Shown here one piece after another: positions 30,507-41,052 of a DNA stretch of 64,000 nucleotides. Under the pieces are notes generated by a model. It was not told the DNA's origin. It did not search any database and saw only the letters and a list, made by a program, of their open reading frames with translations. The DNA is from an uncultured Gemmatimonadaceae bacterium (GTDB lineage: Bacteria; Gemmatimonadota; Gemmatimonadetes; Gemmatimonadales; Gemmatimonadaceae). The position numbers were made by a program, and so were the translations under genes. Position 1 is the stretch's first letter. The number at the start of each line of letters is the position of its first letter. Location: NCBI GenBank assembly GCA_963843845.1, contig CAWJMB010000002.1:2944001-3008000 (forward strand), read 5' to 3'.

Positions 30507-31721
30507 CCGACCGCCTCCTCGCGCAGCGTCCGCGAGATCGGGAGCGAGCCGGCGCGCCAGGCGGGGTAGATCCCGGCGAGCACGCCGCCCGAGACGAGGA
30601 GAGCGAGCGCGCGCCACGCCGCGCCGGCGCGGAAGACGAAGAACTCGAACGCGGCCGGCAGTCCGGGGAAGTCGGCGAGGATCGTGTTCAGGTAGCGCGC
30701 CGTGACGGTGCCCAAGGCGAGCCCGACGAGCGCGCCGGCGACGCTCAGCGCGAGCCCCTCGAGCACGATCTGCTGCACGACGTGGCCGCGGCTCACGCCG
30801 ATCGCGCGCAGCACCGCGATCTCGCCGACGCGCTCGTTCACACTCACGGTGACGAGCGTCGCGACGAGGAGGAAGCCGATCGCCAGGCTGATCGCGCCGA
30901 GGATGAAGGCGAGCTGGCGGAAGTAGCTCAGTCGCTGCTCGACCTGCGCCATCGCGCTCGACGTCGACACGACGGTCACGCGCGGGAGGCGCCGTTCGGC
31001 GTCTCGCTTCACGGCTTCGACGTCGACGCCGTCGCGCACCTGCGCCATGAACGCGCGTCACCCGGTCGCGCCCGGCGTCGCCGCGCATCGCCTGCAGCTC
31101 GGTCAGCGGCAGCGCGACGAGCGCCGTCGACGCGGCGCCGAAGTAGAAGCGCGCGACGCCGGAGACGACGACGCGGCGTCGCCCGCCGTACGTGCGAAGC
31201 TGCGGGTCGAAGGACGCGGCCACGTCGAGGGTGTCGCCGACCTGCACGCCGGCGGCGCGCAGGAACTGCTCGCTCGCGACGAGCCGGTCGGGCGCGGAGG
31301 ATGTCCTCACCGCGCAGCAGCTGCGTAGTCGCCCTGCACCGCCGGATCGTCGCCCAGGGCGAAGCCCGTGAGCAGCGGCGCGCCGTCGACGCCGCGGCGG
31401 CCGGGCGTCCCGAGCACGTGCAGCGGGCTCCCGGCGATCGGGCTCACGCGGAGGATGCGCGGGTCGGCACGGAGCGCGGCCGTGATCTCGGAGGCGCGGT
31501 CGATCGTCGCCTCGGTGTCGAACGGCAGCGTGCCCTTCGGCGTCACGCGGAGCTGGAAGCCGCTCGTCAGCAGCAGGTCGCGGAACGACTCGCTCATGCC
31601 GGTCGCGAGCATCACCATGTCGAGCAGCAGCGCCGCGGACACCGCCACGCCGAGCAGCGGCGAGCAGCGTGCGCGCGCGGTGGCGCACGAGCGACGGCGA
31701 GGGCGAGCGCGGACGCATCAC
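30503..31721 (-). CDS. ABC transporter permease (FtsX/MacB-like), frame-broken
   Basis: [18 protein letters not shown] and YPAWRA signatures. Confidence 0.85.
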
Positions 31722-32525
31722 CGCCCGAACAGCGCGAGCGGCGGCGTGCGCGCGAGCCGCTGCGCGGCGAGGAATCCGGCGACGACGCCGAGCGCGAGCG
31801 AGAGCACCGTGGCGAGCGTCACGACGCTCGGGGGTCAGCGACGCGAACGCGAGCGGCGTGCGGTAGACGTCGCTGGTAGTGCGCGTTGATCGCGAGCGTG
31901 CCGACCCAGCCGACCGCGATGCCGATCACCCTCCCGAGGAGCGACACGAGTGCCGCCTCGAGCACGAGCGCCACGACGACCGTGCGCGCGCGAGATCCCC
32001 ATGAGCCGCAGCGCCGCGACGTCGCGCCGTCGCTCCTCGACCTTGAGCAGCAGGATGCAGAGCAGGAACATCGCGCTCGCGACGATCGTGATGACGCCGA
32101 TCGCGCGGTGGAAGCGGCGCACGACCTCGAACGTGCGGGACGTTCCGGCGGCGACGTCGCGACGAGCGGTAGGCGCGAAAGCCGAACGCGGCGCGGTTGA
32201 TCGCGGTGAGCGCGCGCATCGGTCGCGGCGTCGCCTCGTCGTCGCGACGGCGAAGCGATCGACGCGGTCGTCGAAGCCGGCGAGTCGCTGCAGGTGGTCG
32301 AGGTGCAGCCGCACGTGGTACTCGCCGCGCGCGACGTCGGCCGGATCGGCCGGCTGCCGCGTGATGGCGGCGACGACGACCGTGTCGCCACCCGCGCCCG
32401 CCGACCCGCCGAGCACGAGACGGTCGCCGAGGCGGAGGCGGTAGTCCGCGGCGAGCCGTTCGTCGATGGCGATCGTGCGCGGAGGGGCGGGAGGGACCGG
32501 CGGCGATTGGAACAGCGTCAGCCCA
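31718..32525 (-). CDS. ABC transporter permease (FtsX-like), frame-broken; start approximate
   Basis: KVEERRRDVAALRLMG and LEAALV signature with TM segments. Confidence 0.75.
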
Positions 32526-32939
32526 CTCGCGCGTGCGTCGCCCAGTCGATCGTCTCGCTCAGCGCCTCACGCGACTCGGCGAACGTGTACGACGGCTCGC
32601 GCATAGCACGCGGAGGCCGCGCTGGATCAGCACGTACGCGACGACCAGCTCGAGCGCGCCGACGATCGAGCGCCCCGCCCACGTGGTGCGCCGAGCCAGG
32701 CGGCCGAGGAGCGTGACGAGCAGGAAGGTGAGCGCGACGAGCGCGACGACGCCGGCGCCGAACGCGACGGCCGAGCCAGCACGACGCCGCGCGCGCCGCT
32801 GCGGATGTTCTCGCTCGTCTCGAGCTTCGCGAGGCGCACCTCGCTCGTTCACGAGCCGCTTCGAGTCGTCGGTGAGGCGGCGAACGAGGTCCGGGATCCC
32901 CACGTTGGGATCGATGGGCGGTGCGGGGCGAGCGGTCAC
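32518..32939 (-). CDS. actinobacterial/phage holin-family-like membrane protein, frame-broken
   Basis: IPDLVRRL.DD..RLV..EVRLAKLE followed by two TM helices. Confidence 0.65.
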
Positions 32940-33092
32940 GACAGCCTCCAGAACGACAGTGATGCGAGCGCGCAGACTCGGCGCGCGGTTCCCAGCGTCG
33001 GGCAAGGAGCGTTCCGGCCGCGTCACCGATGGCGGGCCGCGCCCGCCCATTCGATGCGACGGCTCGTCGACGCGGGTCGGAACGTCGCCGCG

Positions 33093-33794
33093 CTACAGCG
33101 CTGCGGCGAGGATCTGCCGGGCCGCGACCACCCCGACGACCACCCGCTGCCCGTCGCGCTCGAGCGTCAACGGCCCGTCGAACGGCGCCCGCTCGACGAG
33201 CGTGACGACCGCGCCCGGGCTGGAGCCCGAGCTCGGCGAGGTAGCGCAGCAACGCGTCGTCGTCGTCGCTCACGCGCACCACGCGCGCCCGCTCGCCGAG
33301 CGCGAGCTCGGCGAGCGTGCGTGAGGCGCGGCTCCTCCACGCTGCCCTCGCGCGTCGGGATCGGCGCGCCGTGCGGATCGATGCCGGGTCGCCCAGCGCG
33401 GCCGCCATCCGGTCGATCAGCTCATCCGACGCCGCGTGCTCCAGCCGCTCGGCCTCGTCGTGCACGCGGTCCCACGGGTAGCCGAGCACGCGTCGTGAGA
33501 TAGCTCTCGAGGATGCGGTGGCGGCGGAGCGTGCGGAGCGCGGCGCGGCGGCCGGCGTCGGTGAGCCGCACGCCGCGGTAGCGCTCGTGCTCGAGCAGCC
33601 CCTGCTCGGCGAGCCGGCGCACCATCCCGCTCACCGACGCCGGGGCGACGCCGAGCCGCTCGGCGACGTCGGTCGTCGCCGCCGCGCCGCCGCCGCGGCG
33701 CTCGAGCTCGTAGATCGCCTTGAGATAGTCCTCGACCGGGGCCGTGAGCTCGGGCGCGTCGCCATCGCGTGACTCGGTGGGACGGGCTGATCAC
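33093..33794 (-). CDS. mntR: DtxR/MntR metal-dependent regulator with FeoA-like C-domain, frame-broken
   Basis: Motifs VEDYLKAIYEL, SVSGMVRRL, RRHRILE, EAERLEH, DPHGAPIP, LRYL..LGL.PG. Confidence 0.88.
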
Positions 33795-34262
33795 GCTGCT
33801 GCCGATCCACGGCGCGACGCCGTCGACCGGCGCACGTCGCGCGCGCCGCGCACCATCAGCACCGGCATCGTCGTGCGGTGCCGCACGTCGTTCGCGACGC
33901 TGCCGTAGATCAGATCGCCGACGAGCCGGTGCCCGTGCGTCGCCATCGCGATCAGGTCGCAGCGCTCGCGCTCCGCGGCGGCGGGGATCTCGTTGGCCGG
34001 GTCGCCGCCGGCGAGCAGCGCAGTCGGCGTCGAAGCCCGTCGCGCGTCAGCTCGGCGCACAGCGCTCGAGGTAGGCGCGGTCCTGCTGCATCTCCTCGGT
34101 CTCGCGGAGCGCGAGCTGCTGCATGTTGCGCGCGGCCCAGCCGTCGGCGACGTGGATCAGCACGAGCGACGCGCCGCACAGCCGCGCGAGCGCGCGCACG
34201 TGCGCGAGGATCGCGTCGTCGTACGACGAGTGCTCGAGCGGAACCAGGATGCGCGTGTACAT
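33791..34262 (-). CDS. universal stress protein (UspA family), frame-broken
   Basis: Motifs MYTRILVPL, LIHV, GDPA.EI, DLIAMATHG, GSVA..V, PVLMV. Confidence 0.88.
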
Positions 34263-34308
34263 CGGCACGGCGGAGCGACTCGGGCCGGAGCGGCGCTCTT
34301 CGGGCGCG

Positions 34309-35694
34309 TCACGATAGCATCGCGCACCGGTCTGCACGAGCAGCCACACGTTCAGGGCGGCGATCACGACCGCGACGAGGTAGGCGAGCACCTTGAGCCA
34401 CGCCGGGTTCACGAACTCGCCCATCTTCACGCGGTCGGAGGTGAAGCGCACGAGCGGGAAGACGGCGAACGAGAGCTGCAGGCTGAGGATGACCTGGCTG
34501 AGCACGAGCAGCTTCGCGGTGCCGCTCGCGCCGTAGAGATCGACGACGATCACCGCCGGCACGATGGCGATCGAGCGCGCGTGATGAGGCGGCGCAGCCA
34601 GGGCCGGAGGCGGATGTCGAGGAAGCCCTCCATCACGATCTGGCCGGCGAGCGTGCCGGTGAGCGTCGAGTTCTGCCCCGACGCGAGCAGGGCGAGCGCG
34701 AACACCGTGCTCGCGCCGCCGACGCCGAGCAGCGGCGTGAGCAGCTGGTGCGCGTCCTGGATCTCGGCGACCTCCGTGTTGCCGCGTCGTGTGGAACGTC
34801 GCCGCGGCGACGATGAGGATCGCCGCGTTGATGAACAGCGCGAACGACAGCGCGATCGTCGAGTCGATGAACGCGTACCGCACCGCCTCGCGCTTGTCCG
34901 TCGCGCGATCAGCTCGTACTTGCGCGTCTGCACGATCGACGAGTGCAGGTAGAGGTTGTGCGGCATCACCGTCGCGCCGAGGATGCCGATCGCGATGTAG
35001 AGCATCTCGGGATTGCGCGACGATCTCGCGTCGTCGGCACGAAGCCGCGCAGCACCGCCGGCGAGGTCGGGCCGCGAGACGATCAGCTCGAACAGGAAGC
35101 AGAGCCCGACCGTCGCGACGAGCGCGATGACCAGCGCCTCGAGCAGCCGGAAGCCGCTTGTTCTGCAGGTAGAGCACGAGCAGCACGTCGAGCGCCGTGA
35201 TGACGACGCCGCAGCGGCAGCGGGATGCCGAACAGCAGGTTGAGCGCGATCGCGGTGCCGATCACCTCGGCGAGGTCGCACGCGGCGATCGCGATCTCGC
35301 AGAGCACCCAGAGCACGAACGCGACCGGCTTCGAGTAGTGGTCGCGGCACGCCTGCGCGAGGTCGCGGCCGGTGACGATGCCGAGCTTCGAGGCGAGCCC
35401 CTGCAGCAGCACCGCCATGAGGTTCGACAGCAGGATGACCGATGAGCAGCGTGTAGCCGAAGCGCGAGCCGCCGGCGAGGTCGGTGGCCCAGTTGCCGGG
35501 GTCCATGTAGCCGACCGCGACGAGGTAGCCGGGGCCGGCGAACGCGAGCAGCTTGCGCCACCACGTCCGACCGACGACGGGCACGCTGCGGTACGCCTCT
35601 TCGAGCGAGGGCGTGACCCGCGCTCGGCGCCACCCGGCATCGGGGTGGGCGCCGACGTCGGCGGGATCGGGGGGGGTCGAAGAGGGAGAGCCAT
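34309..35694 (-). CDS. mntH: Nramp divalent metal transporter MntH, frame-broken; 3' end approximate
   Basis: Motifs [63 protein letters not shown]. Confidence 0.92.
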
Positions 35695-35733
35695 CTCGTC
35701 GCAGGGTCCTGATTCGTCGTTGCGAAGAGAAGA

Positions 35734-35749
35734 TTTAGTTCATCCTAAA
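35734..35749. promoter_or_regulatory. putative MntR/DtxR operator
   Basis: Palindrome TTTAG-ttcatc-CTAAA, 40 nt upstream of mntH, in an otherwise GC-rich background. Confidence 0.75.
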
Positions 35750-35765
35750 ACGGAGCGCAACTCGG

Positions 35766-37298
35766 TCAACGGAGTCGAACGCGTGCCAGGTGCAGCCCGC
35801 TCGCGTCCCGCATCGAGAGGTAGACGACCTTCCCGGGCGCGAACCCGACGAGCGTGTACCCGCTCGGCAGCTGGATCCGGTCGGTGAGCCCGCCGGCGCG
35901 TGCGATCACGTCGTAGACGGCGCCGCCGGGCGTCGGGCGCATCGGCACCGTGCGCACCCAGAGGTTGCCGTCGGCGTCGACGCGCATCGCTCCGGTGCCG
36001 AACGGCGGCCTGTAGTCGGGAAGGTCCTCGGGGCGCACGATCGTCGGCGCACGATACGTCGGCGCCGGCGGCGTGTAGCCGTTGCCGTAGTACTCGCTGA
36101 AGCCGTTCGCCACGCACCCCGAGTCGGCGCCCGTCGCGGTGCCGGGCGCGACGCGTGGTGGACAGCCGTAGCGGTACCGTGCCGGGAACGTCAGCCCGTC
36201 CGGGAGCACCCAGTCGCGTGGAATGCCGGGCGGCAGCGTGTACCCCGCGAACACGGTGAACCCTGGCGGGAACGGCTTGTTGAGGAGGTTCGACCAGACG
36301 ATCGTCTGCGTCGTGTAGCTCGTCTGCGCGCCGCGCAGCTGCTGCGCCCGCGTCGAGTCGACGAACCGCGTCTTGTCGTCGTCGGTGAGGCGCACCCAGG
36401 GAAACGGCAGCTTCTCCGACGACGTGATCGAGCCGTCGGCGTGCAGCCACTCGACCCGGTAGTCGCGGCCGCGGAGCAGTGCGATCGTGCCGTCCGGCAG
36501 CACGCCCCAATCGTCGACGAGCGGGAGCGGACTCGTGACCGACGAGACGTCGATGCCGCCGTTCGACTGCTGGCGGACCGTGAGCGTCGTCTTCGGCGTG
36601 CGGACTGCCGCGAGCGTGTCGACTCGGCGCGACGCGAGGTCGATCGCGACGACGAACGCCGAGTCGGGAGGCGACGGGATCCAGGGCACACCGCGCGGCG
36701 GCGGCACGGTCGGCCGCGCCGGCTGCGCGCTCACGCGGTAGACGAGTCGCCCGCGCGCGTCGAAGCCCGGGGTACCGTTCGACGTGTTCGCGAGCGCGTT
36801 GACGTCCTGCGCGCGCGGCACCGAGCGCACGCGCGCGATCCGCCCCTGCGGGTCGAGGATCAACATCGCGTAGGTCGCCGGGTCGACGAACAGCGTCGAG
36901 TCGCCCGGCGCGGCGAGCAACGCGCCCGGGCGAGTGCCGTAGGCGTTCTCGACCTCGGTCAGCGAGTCGAGCACGACGCGCACGACCGCGAGCGTCGAGT
37001 CGAGCAGCAGCAGGCGGCGGCGCTGCCCGTCGTTCACGAGCACGTGGCCGCCGCCGAGCGGCCGGACCGTCGTGATCGCGCCCAACGGTTCGGTCGAGAT
37101 CGCGGACGCGCTCTCGATGCGGCGGATCGGCGGGCCGGGAAGCGGGGGGAGCGGCGCCGCCTGTGCGGTGGCGCTCGCGCCCGCCACCAACGTCGTTCCG
37201 AGCGCAGCGAGGACCCTCGCTGTCCCGGCGAGGCGACGTCGCGGGGTCGCGCTCGCTCGCTCCGCTCGGGCTCGGGACGAGCACGACACGACCGTCAT
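35766..37298 (-). CDS. exported hypothetical protein, beta-propeller-like
   Basis: Signal-like segment; repeated blade-like motifs (GFDARGRLVY, VLPDGTI, VDADGNLWV). ATGA coupling to the upstream receptor. Confidence 0.75.
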   Translation of the reverse strand: MTVVSCSSRARAERASATPRRRLAGTARVLAALGTTLVAGASATAQAAPLPPLPGPPIRRIESASAISTEPLGAITTVRPLGGGHVLVNDGQRRRLLLLDSTLAVVRVVLDSLTEVENAYGTRPGALLAAPGDSTLFVDPATYAMLILDPQGRIARVRSVPRAQDVNALANTSNGTPGFDARGRLVYRVSAQPARPTVPPPRGVPWIPSPPDSAFVVAIDLASRRVDTLAAVRTPKTTLTVRQQSNGGIDVSSVTSPLPLVDDWGVLPDGTIALLRGRDYRVEWLHADGSITSSEKLPFPWVRLTDDDKTRFVDSTRAQQLRGAQTSYTTQTIVWSNLLNKPFPPGFTVFAGYTLPPGIPRDWVLPDGLTFPARYRYGCPPRVAPGTATGADSGCVANGFSEYYGNGYTPPAPTYRAPTIVRPEDLPDYRPPFGTGAMRVDADGNLWVRTVPMRPTPGGAVYDVIARAGGLTDRIQLPSGYTLVGFAPGKVVYLSMRDASGLHLARVRLR

Positions 37299-40200
37299 CG
37301 CCCGAACTCGAAGAACTGCCCGCCGCCGCTGCCGCCCCCGACGTACAACCCGTTGCCGTTGCGAATGGAGCGCAGGTAGCGCGGGTCGAGGTAGCTGTTC
37401 ACCCACGCCGGCAGCCTGCGCCGCTGCTCGGGCGTCAGCAGGTCGCGCAGCAGCCGCGTCGTCCGCTCCAGCAGGTCGAGCTGCGCATGGCGCGCGTCGA
37501 GGTAGCGCCGATATGCCTCGCCCTGGTCGTAGCGATCGGGGAGCGCCGCGAGGTAGCGCGCGACCGGCGTCCACAGCGAGTCGGCGCGATACGCGTAGCG
37601 GCGGTTCATCGACGCGATGCTGTCCGCCTGGAGGGAGGTGAGGCGCAGCGTGTCCTGCGTGCGTAGGATCGTCGACATCGGATTGGAGATGGCGTTCGAT
37701 CCCATCGACCGGAACGTGCCCGCCGAGGCGCGCGAGCCCCGACCGCCGGTTCGCCCGTTGTCGAGATTGCTGACGAGCGACTGCTGCTCGCGCGTCGGTC
37801 CGAGATCCACGCGGAGCGCGACGGTGAGCGAGACGGGGGAGCGCAGCGTGAGGTACTGCGGCCGCGTCACGCCGAAGCGCTGGTTCACCTCGTACGTGAA
37901 GCGCCGGGTCGCAGCGTCGAAGCCGCGCACGTAGAGGAGCGACTGATCGGGGAACGCCGTCTGCCCCCAGCCGCGCAGCCCGGCCGAGCCGTTCAGCAGG
38001 AGGTCGGCCGCGCCCAACGGATTCGCGAGCGACATCGTGAGCGCCGCGCGCTGCGGCAGTCGGAAGCGCACGCGGTCGAGCGTGACGTTGAGCGACGCCG
38101 TGGAGCTCCACGGCGCGCGGCAGCTGTTCCGCGCGGCCACCGTGCCGAACTGCCGCTCCAGGCACCGTCGCGTGGCGGGCGACGCGGTCGCGAGCAGCTC
38201 GCGCAACCCGGCGGCGAGCGCGGGGTCGGCCGTCTGCGCGGGATCGGCGACGAACGCGCGGTCGTTCGCGTAGCCGTCGCCGTTCACGTCAGCTGCAACG
38301 ACGGGCGTGAACGCGCTGCCCGAGCGGAACTGGCCGGTCCAGTTCACCTGCACGTAGTTGAACAGGTTGTAGCGGATGCCATAGCTGAGCTGGTGCGGCC
38401 CCTGCCCCGCCGACGCCCACACGACCTCGAGCGGGCTGCCGGCCGTGCTGCTGAAGCCGGCCACCTGTTCGCGGATGTCCGAGAACGTGTAGGCGAGATT
38501 CCAGCCGAGGGCGCGCGGGGTGCGCGTGATCGGTGACAGGCGCGCGCTGAGCTGCGCCGTGCGCGACCGCAGGTCGGAACGCAGCTCGGTGACGCGCGCG
38601 AATTGCGGCGCGCGCCGCGCGTCGACGAGTGCGATGGCGCCGGTCGTCGCGACGACGTTCGCGGGATTCACGAACACTGGCCGCCCCGCCTCGTCGGGGA
38701 GGGTGAAGCGCGCCGTCGGCACGAAGTTGAGGTCGATCGACCGCTGCTGCCGCAGGTTCAGCGAGTAGGTCGCTTCGACCGAGGCGGTGAAGCGCGCGTC
38801 GAGCACGCTGCCGTTCCACGACAGGTTCGAGCGCACCGCCTGCGACGGCCGGAAGCTCGGCGCGACGAGCGCGATGTTCGGCGAGGCGTTCGAGAAGACC
38901 GTCGTCGCCGAGCCGTCGGCGCACCGGTCGGGGATCGCGTCGCGCCCGGTCGCGTACGCGACCCAGTCCGGGATCGGGGCCGCCACGCCCACGCACGACA
39001 GCGACTGCACGCCGGTCGGCAGCCCGGTGTTGTCGAGCGCGCCGCCGAGTACGCTCGCGGTGGTGCCGCTCGCGAAGAGCCCGAGCCCGCCGCGCACGAC
39101 CGCCCGCGGCCCGCGCACGGCCCCGGCGAACGCTTCGACTTCCTGCGACCGGCCGACCGTCCACGAGAACCCGACGCGCGGGCTGACGGCGATGGGGCGC
39201 GGCACGCGGTCGTTCCGCCGCCCGAACGCCCGCTCGACCTCGGCGTTGTACCCCGGGCGGGTCGTGAACGTCGTGCCTTCGACGCGCACGCCGTACTGGA
39301 TCTGGAGATCCGGCGTCCGGCGGTAGGAGTCACCCACCGACACGGCCGCCGTCACGGCGCCGGTCGACCGCTGGCGCGCGGTGAGCTGCCGCGAGAAGGC
39401 GGCGGGATGCCCGGCGTCGAGGTCGGCGAGCGAGTTGAAGGTGAAGCTGCCCAGCAGATTCGACGCGATCGCCTGCGTCGTCGCCGCCCACTGGAGCTCG
39501 CTCGACAGTTTGATGCGGTGCCTGTTCGCGTCGTCGAACCACGACAGCGTGTTCTGGAACGACGTGCCGACCGACCGGCTGCGCGACGCGAGCCCCTGAT
39601 TGCCACCGAACACGAGGCTCTGCACCGACCCGACCGCGTCGCCGAGCGTCGACGAGACGAGCACGCGCCCGGCCGGGAGCACGAGGTACGGCGTCCCGCC
39701 CGTGCGCGAGACGTTCACGCCGACCGACGTCTCGCTCAGCACGAGGCCGAGGTAGCGGTTCTGGCTCGCCGTGACGTTGCCTCCCCAGTTCGTGCGCTCG
39801 CCGCTCGCGTTGGGGAGCTGCGTCACGCCGCCGCCGACCGGACGCTGACGCCCCCAGGTCGCGTTCGCCGCGAGCTTGTACGAGCTGCCGCTCTGCGAGT
39901 TCGGGGGGCTGACGTCGAAGCTGCCGAACAGCGACCCGTTGTCGCTCAGCCGTGACGTCCGCACCGCCCCCGCGCTCGGCACGCCGCGCGCTCCCAGGAT
40001 CGAGAGGAAGCGCGCGACCGAGTCGGCGGCGACGCCCGCCGTCCGGAGGCCCAGCGGGCTGACGGTGAGCAGCGTCGCGTTGCTCCGCGCGTTGCGGCCG
40101 AGCTGGTACGAGACGTTGTAGAACGCCTTGTTGCGCGTGATCGGCCCCGACGCCACGCCGCCGAGCGACACGTTCGTGAACTCGTTGCCCAACGTCGACG

Positions 40201-40966
40201 ACGCGCGGTCGGTCCACTGCAGCTGCGGGGCGTTGAGCTGCACGCTCATCCCGCGGCTGCGCTGGTTCGACCCGGAGCCGGTGCGGATGTTGAGCTGCGC
40301 GCCGCTGAACCCGCCGCGCGACACGTCGTACGGCGAGGTCGCGAGCGACGTCGAGATCGCCGCGTCGCGCGGAAGGGTGCCGCTCCCGAACGGCGACCCG
40401 TTGAGCGTCGTGAGGTTCGCGTCGGCGCCGAGGCCGAGCACCGAGAAGCCGTCCGCCGCGCCGTCGAGCCCGGGCACGAGCAGCACGCCGGGAAGTGACG
40501 CCGCCATCGCCGCGAGGTCGCCGATCGCCTCGACCGGCACGACGTCGTCCGCGATGCGCTGCTCGGTGCCGCTGACGTCGGGCGTGGTGCTATTCCGGTT
40601 CACGCGTTGCTGGACGCGCTCGACGACGGCGACCGTGTCCATCTGGATCACCGCGAGCCGCGCGTCGGCGATCAGCACGTCCTGGTCGGCGGTGCGCTTG
40701 ATCTCGAACTGCCGGAACGTGTACCCGACCGAGGCGAACCCCATCATGTAATCGCCCTGTGCGCCGGGGAACGCGATCTGGAACTGGCCACGCGCGTTGG
40801 TGCGCACCTCGCGCGTGACGTTCCCCGGGATCGACGTCGCCGTCACCCGCACGTTCGCGAGCGGCGTTCCGTCGGCGCCCGTCACACGTCCGCGAATGAC
40901 GTCGGTCTGGGCGCGGGCGATGACGGGCGTGAGCAGCGCCGCGATCAGGAGGAGCAGGAATCGCAT
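37295..40966 (-). CDS. TonB-dependent receptor-like (Oar-type) outer-membrane protein with carboxypeptidase-regulatory-like N-domain
   Basis: Signal peptide, IRGRVT...TNARGQF, plug region (LPGV..NLTTLNG..YDVSRGGFSG), SPRVGFSW, DVNGDG..ND. Confidence 0.85.
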   Translation of the reverse strand: MRFLLLLIAALLTPVIARAQTDVIRGRVTGADGTPLANVRVTATSIPGNVTREVRTNARGQFQIAFPGAQGDYMMGFASVGYTFRQFEIKRTADQDVLIADARLAVIQMDTVAVVERVQQRVNRNSTTPDVSGTEQRIADDVVPVEAIGDLAAMAASLPGVLLVPGLDGAADGFSVLGLGADANLTTLNGSPFGSGTLPRDAAISTSLATSPYDVSRGGFSGAQLNIRTGSGSNQRSRGMSVQLNAPQLQWTDRASSTLGNEFTNVSLGGVASGPITRNKAFYNVSYQLGRNARSNATLLTVSPLGLRTAGVAADSVARFLSILGARGVPSAGAVRTSRLSDNGSLFGSFDVSPPNSQSGSSYKLAANATWGRQRPVGGGVTQLPNASGERTNWGGNVTASQNRYLGLVLSETSVGVNVSRTGGTPYLVLPAGRVLVSSTLGDAVGSVQSLVFGGNQGLASRSRSVGTSFQNTLSWFDDANRHRIKLSSELQWAATTQAIASNLLGSFTFNSLADLDAGHPAAFSRQLTARQRSTGAVTAAVSVGDSYRRTPDLQIQYGVRVEGTTFTTRPGYNAEVERAFGRRNDRVPRPIAVSPRVGFSWTVGRSQEVEAFAGAVRGPRAVVRGGLGLFASGTTASVLGGALDNTGLPTGVQSLSCVGVAAPIPDWVAYATGRDAIPDRCADGSATTVFSNASPNIALVAPSFRPSQAVRSNLSWNGSVLDARFTASVEATYSLNLRQQRSIDLNFVPTARFTLPDEAGRPVFVNPANVVATTGAIALVDARRAPQFARVTELRSDLRSRTAQLSARLSPITRTPRALGWNLAYTFSDIREQVAGFSSTAGSPLEVVWASAGQGPHQLSYGIRYNLFNYVQVNWTGQFRSGSAFTPVVAADVNGDGYANDRAFVADPAQTADPALAAGLRELLATASPATRRCLERQFGTVAARNSCRAPWSSTASLNVTLDRVRFRLPQRAALTMSLANPLGAADLLLNGSAGLRGWGQTAFPDQSLLYVRGFDAATRRFTYEVNQRFGVTRPQYLTLRSPVSLTVALRVDLGPTREQQSLVSNLDNGRTGGRGSRASAGTFRSMGSNAISNPMSTILRTQDTLRLTSLQADSIASMNRRYAYRADSLWTPVARYLAALPDRYDQGEAYRRYLDARHAQLDLLERTTRLLRDLLTPEQRRRLPAWVNSYLDPRYLRSIRNGNGLYVGGGSGGGQFFEFGR

Positions 40967-41052
40967 GATGGCTTGGACAGCGAGTTCCGCGTTCGCGTTT
41001 GCACTCTCCACAGAATGCGGCGCCCCTCGAGCGAACCGGCACCCTTCGGCGT

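Noticed and set aside
32518..32939. Holin-family gene as a prophage marker
   Set aside because: No other phage genes; this family is commonly chromosomal.
18800..35500. Apparent mass pseudogenisation or programmed frameshifting (most genes broken, often several times)
   Set aside because: Breaks are single-base indels in GC/CG runs. I noticed no in-frame nonsense codons or decayed motifs, and unrelated genes are hit in one contiguous block. This is typical of low-coverage long-read consensus error; read polishing would confirm.
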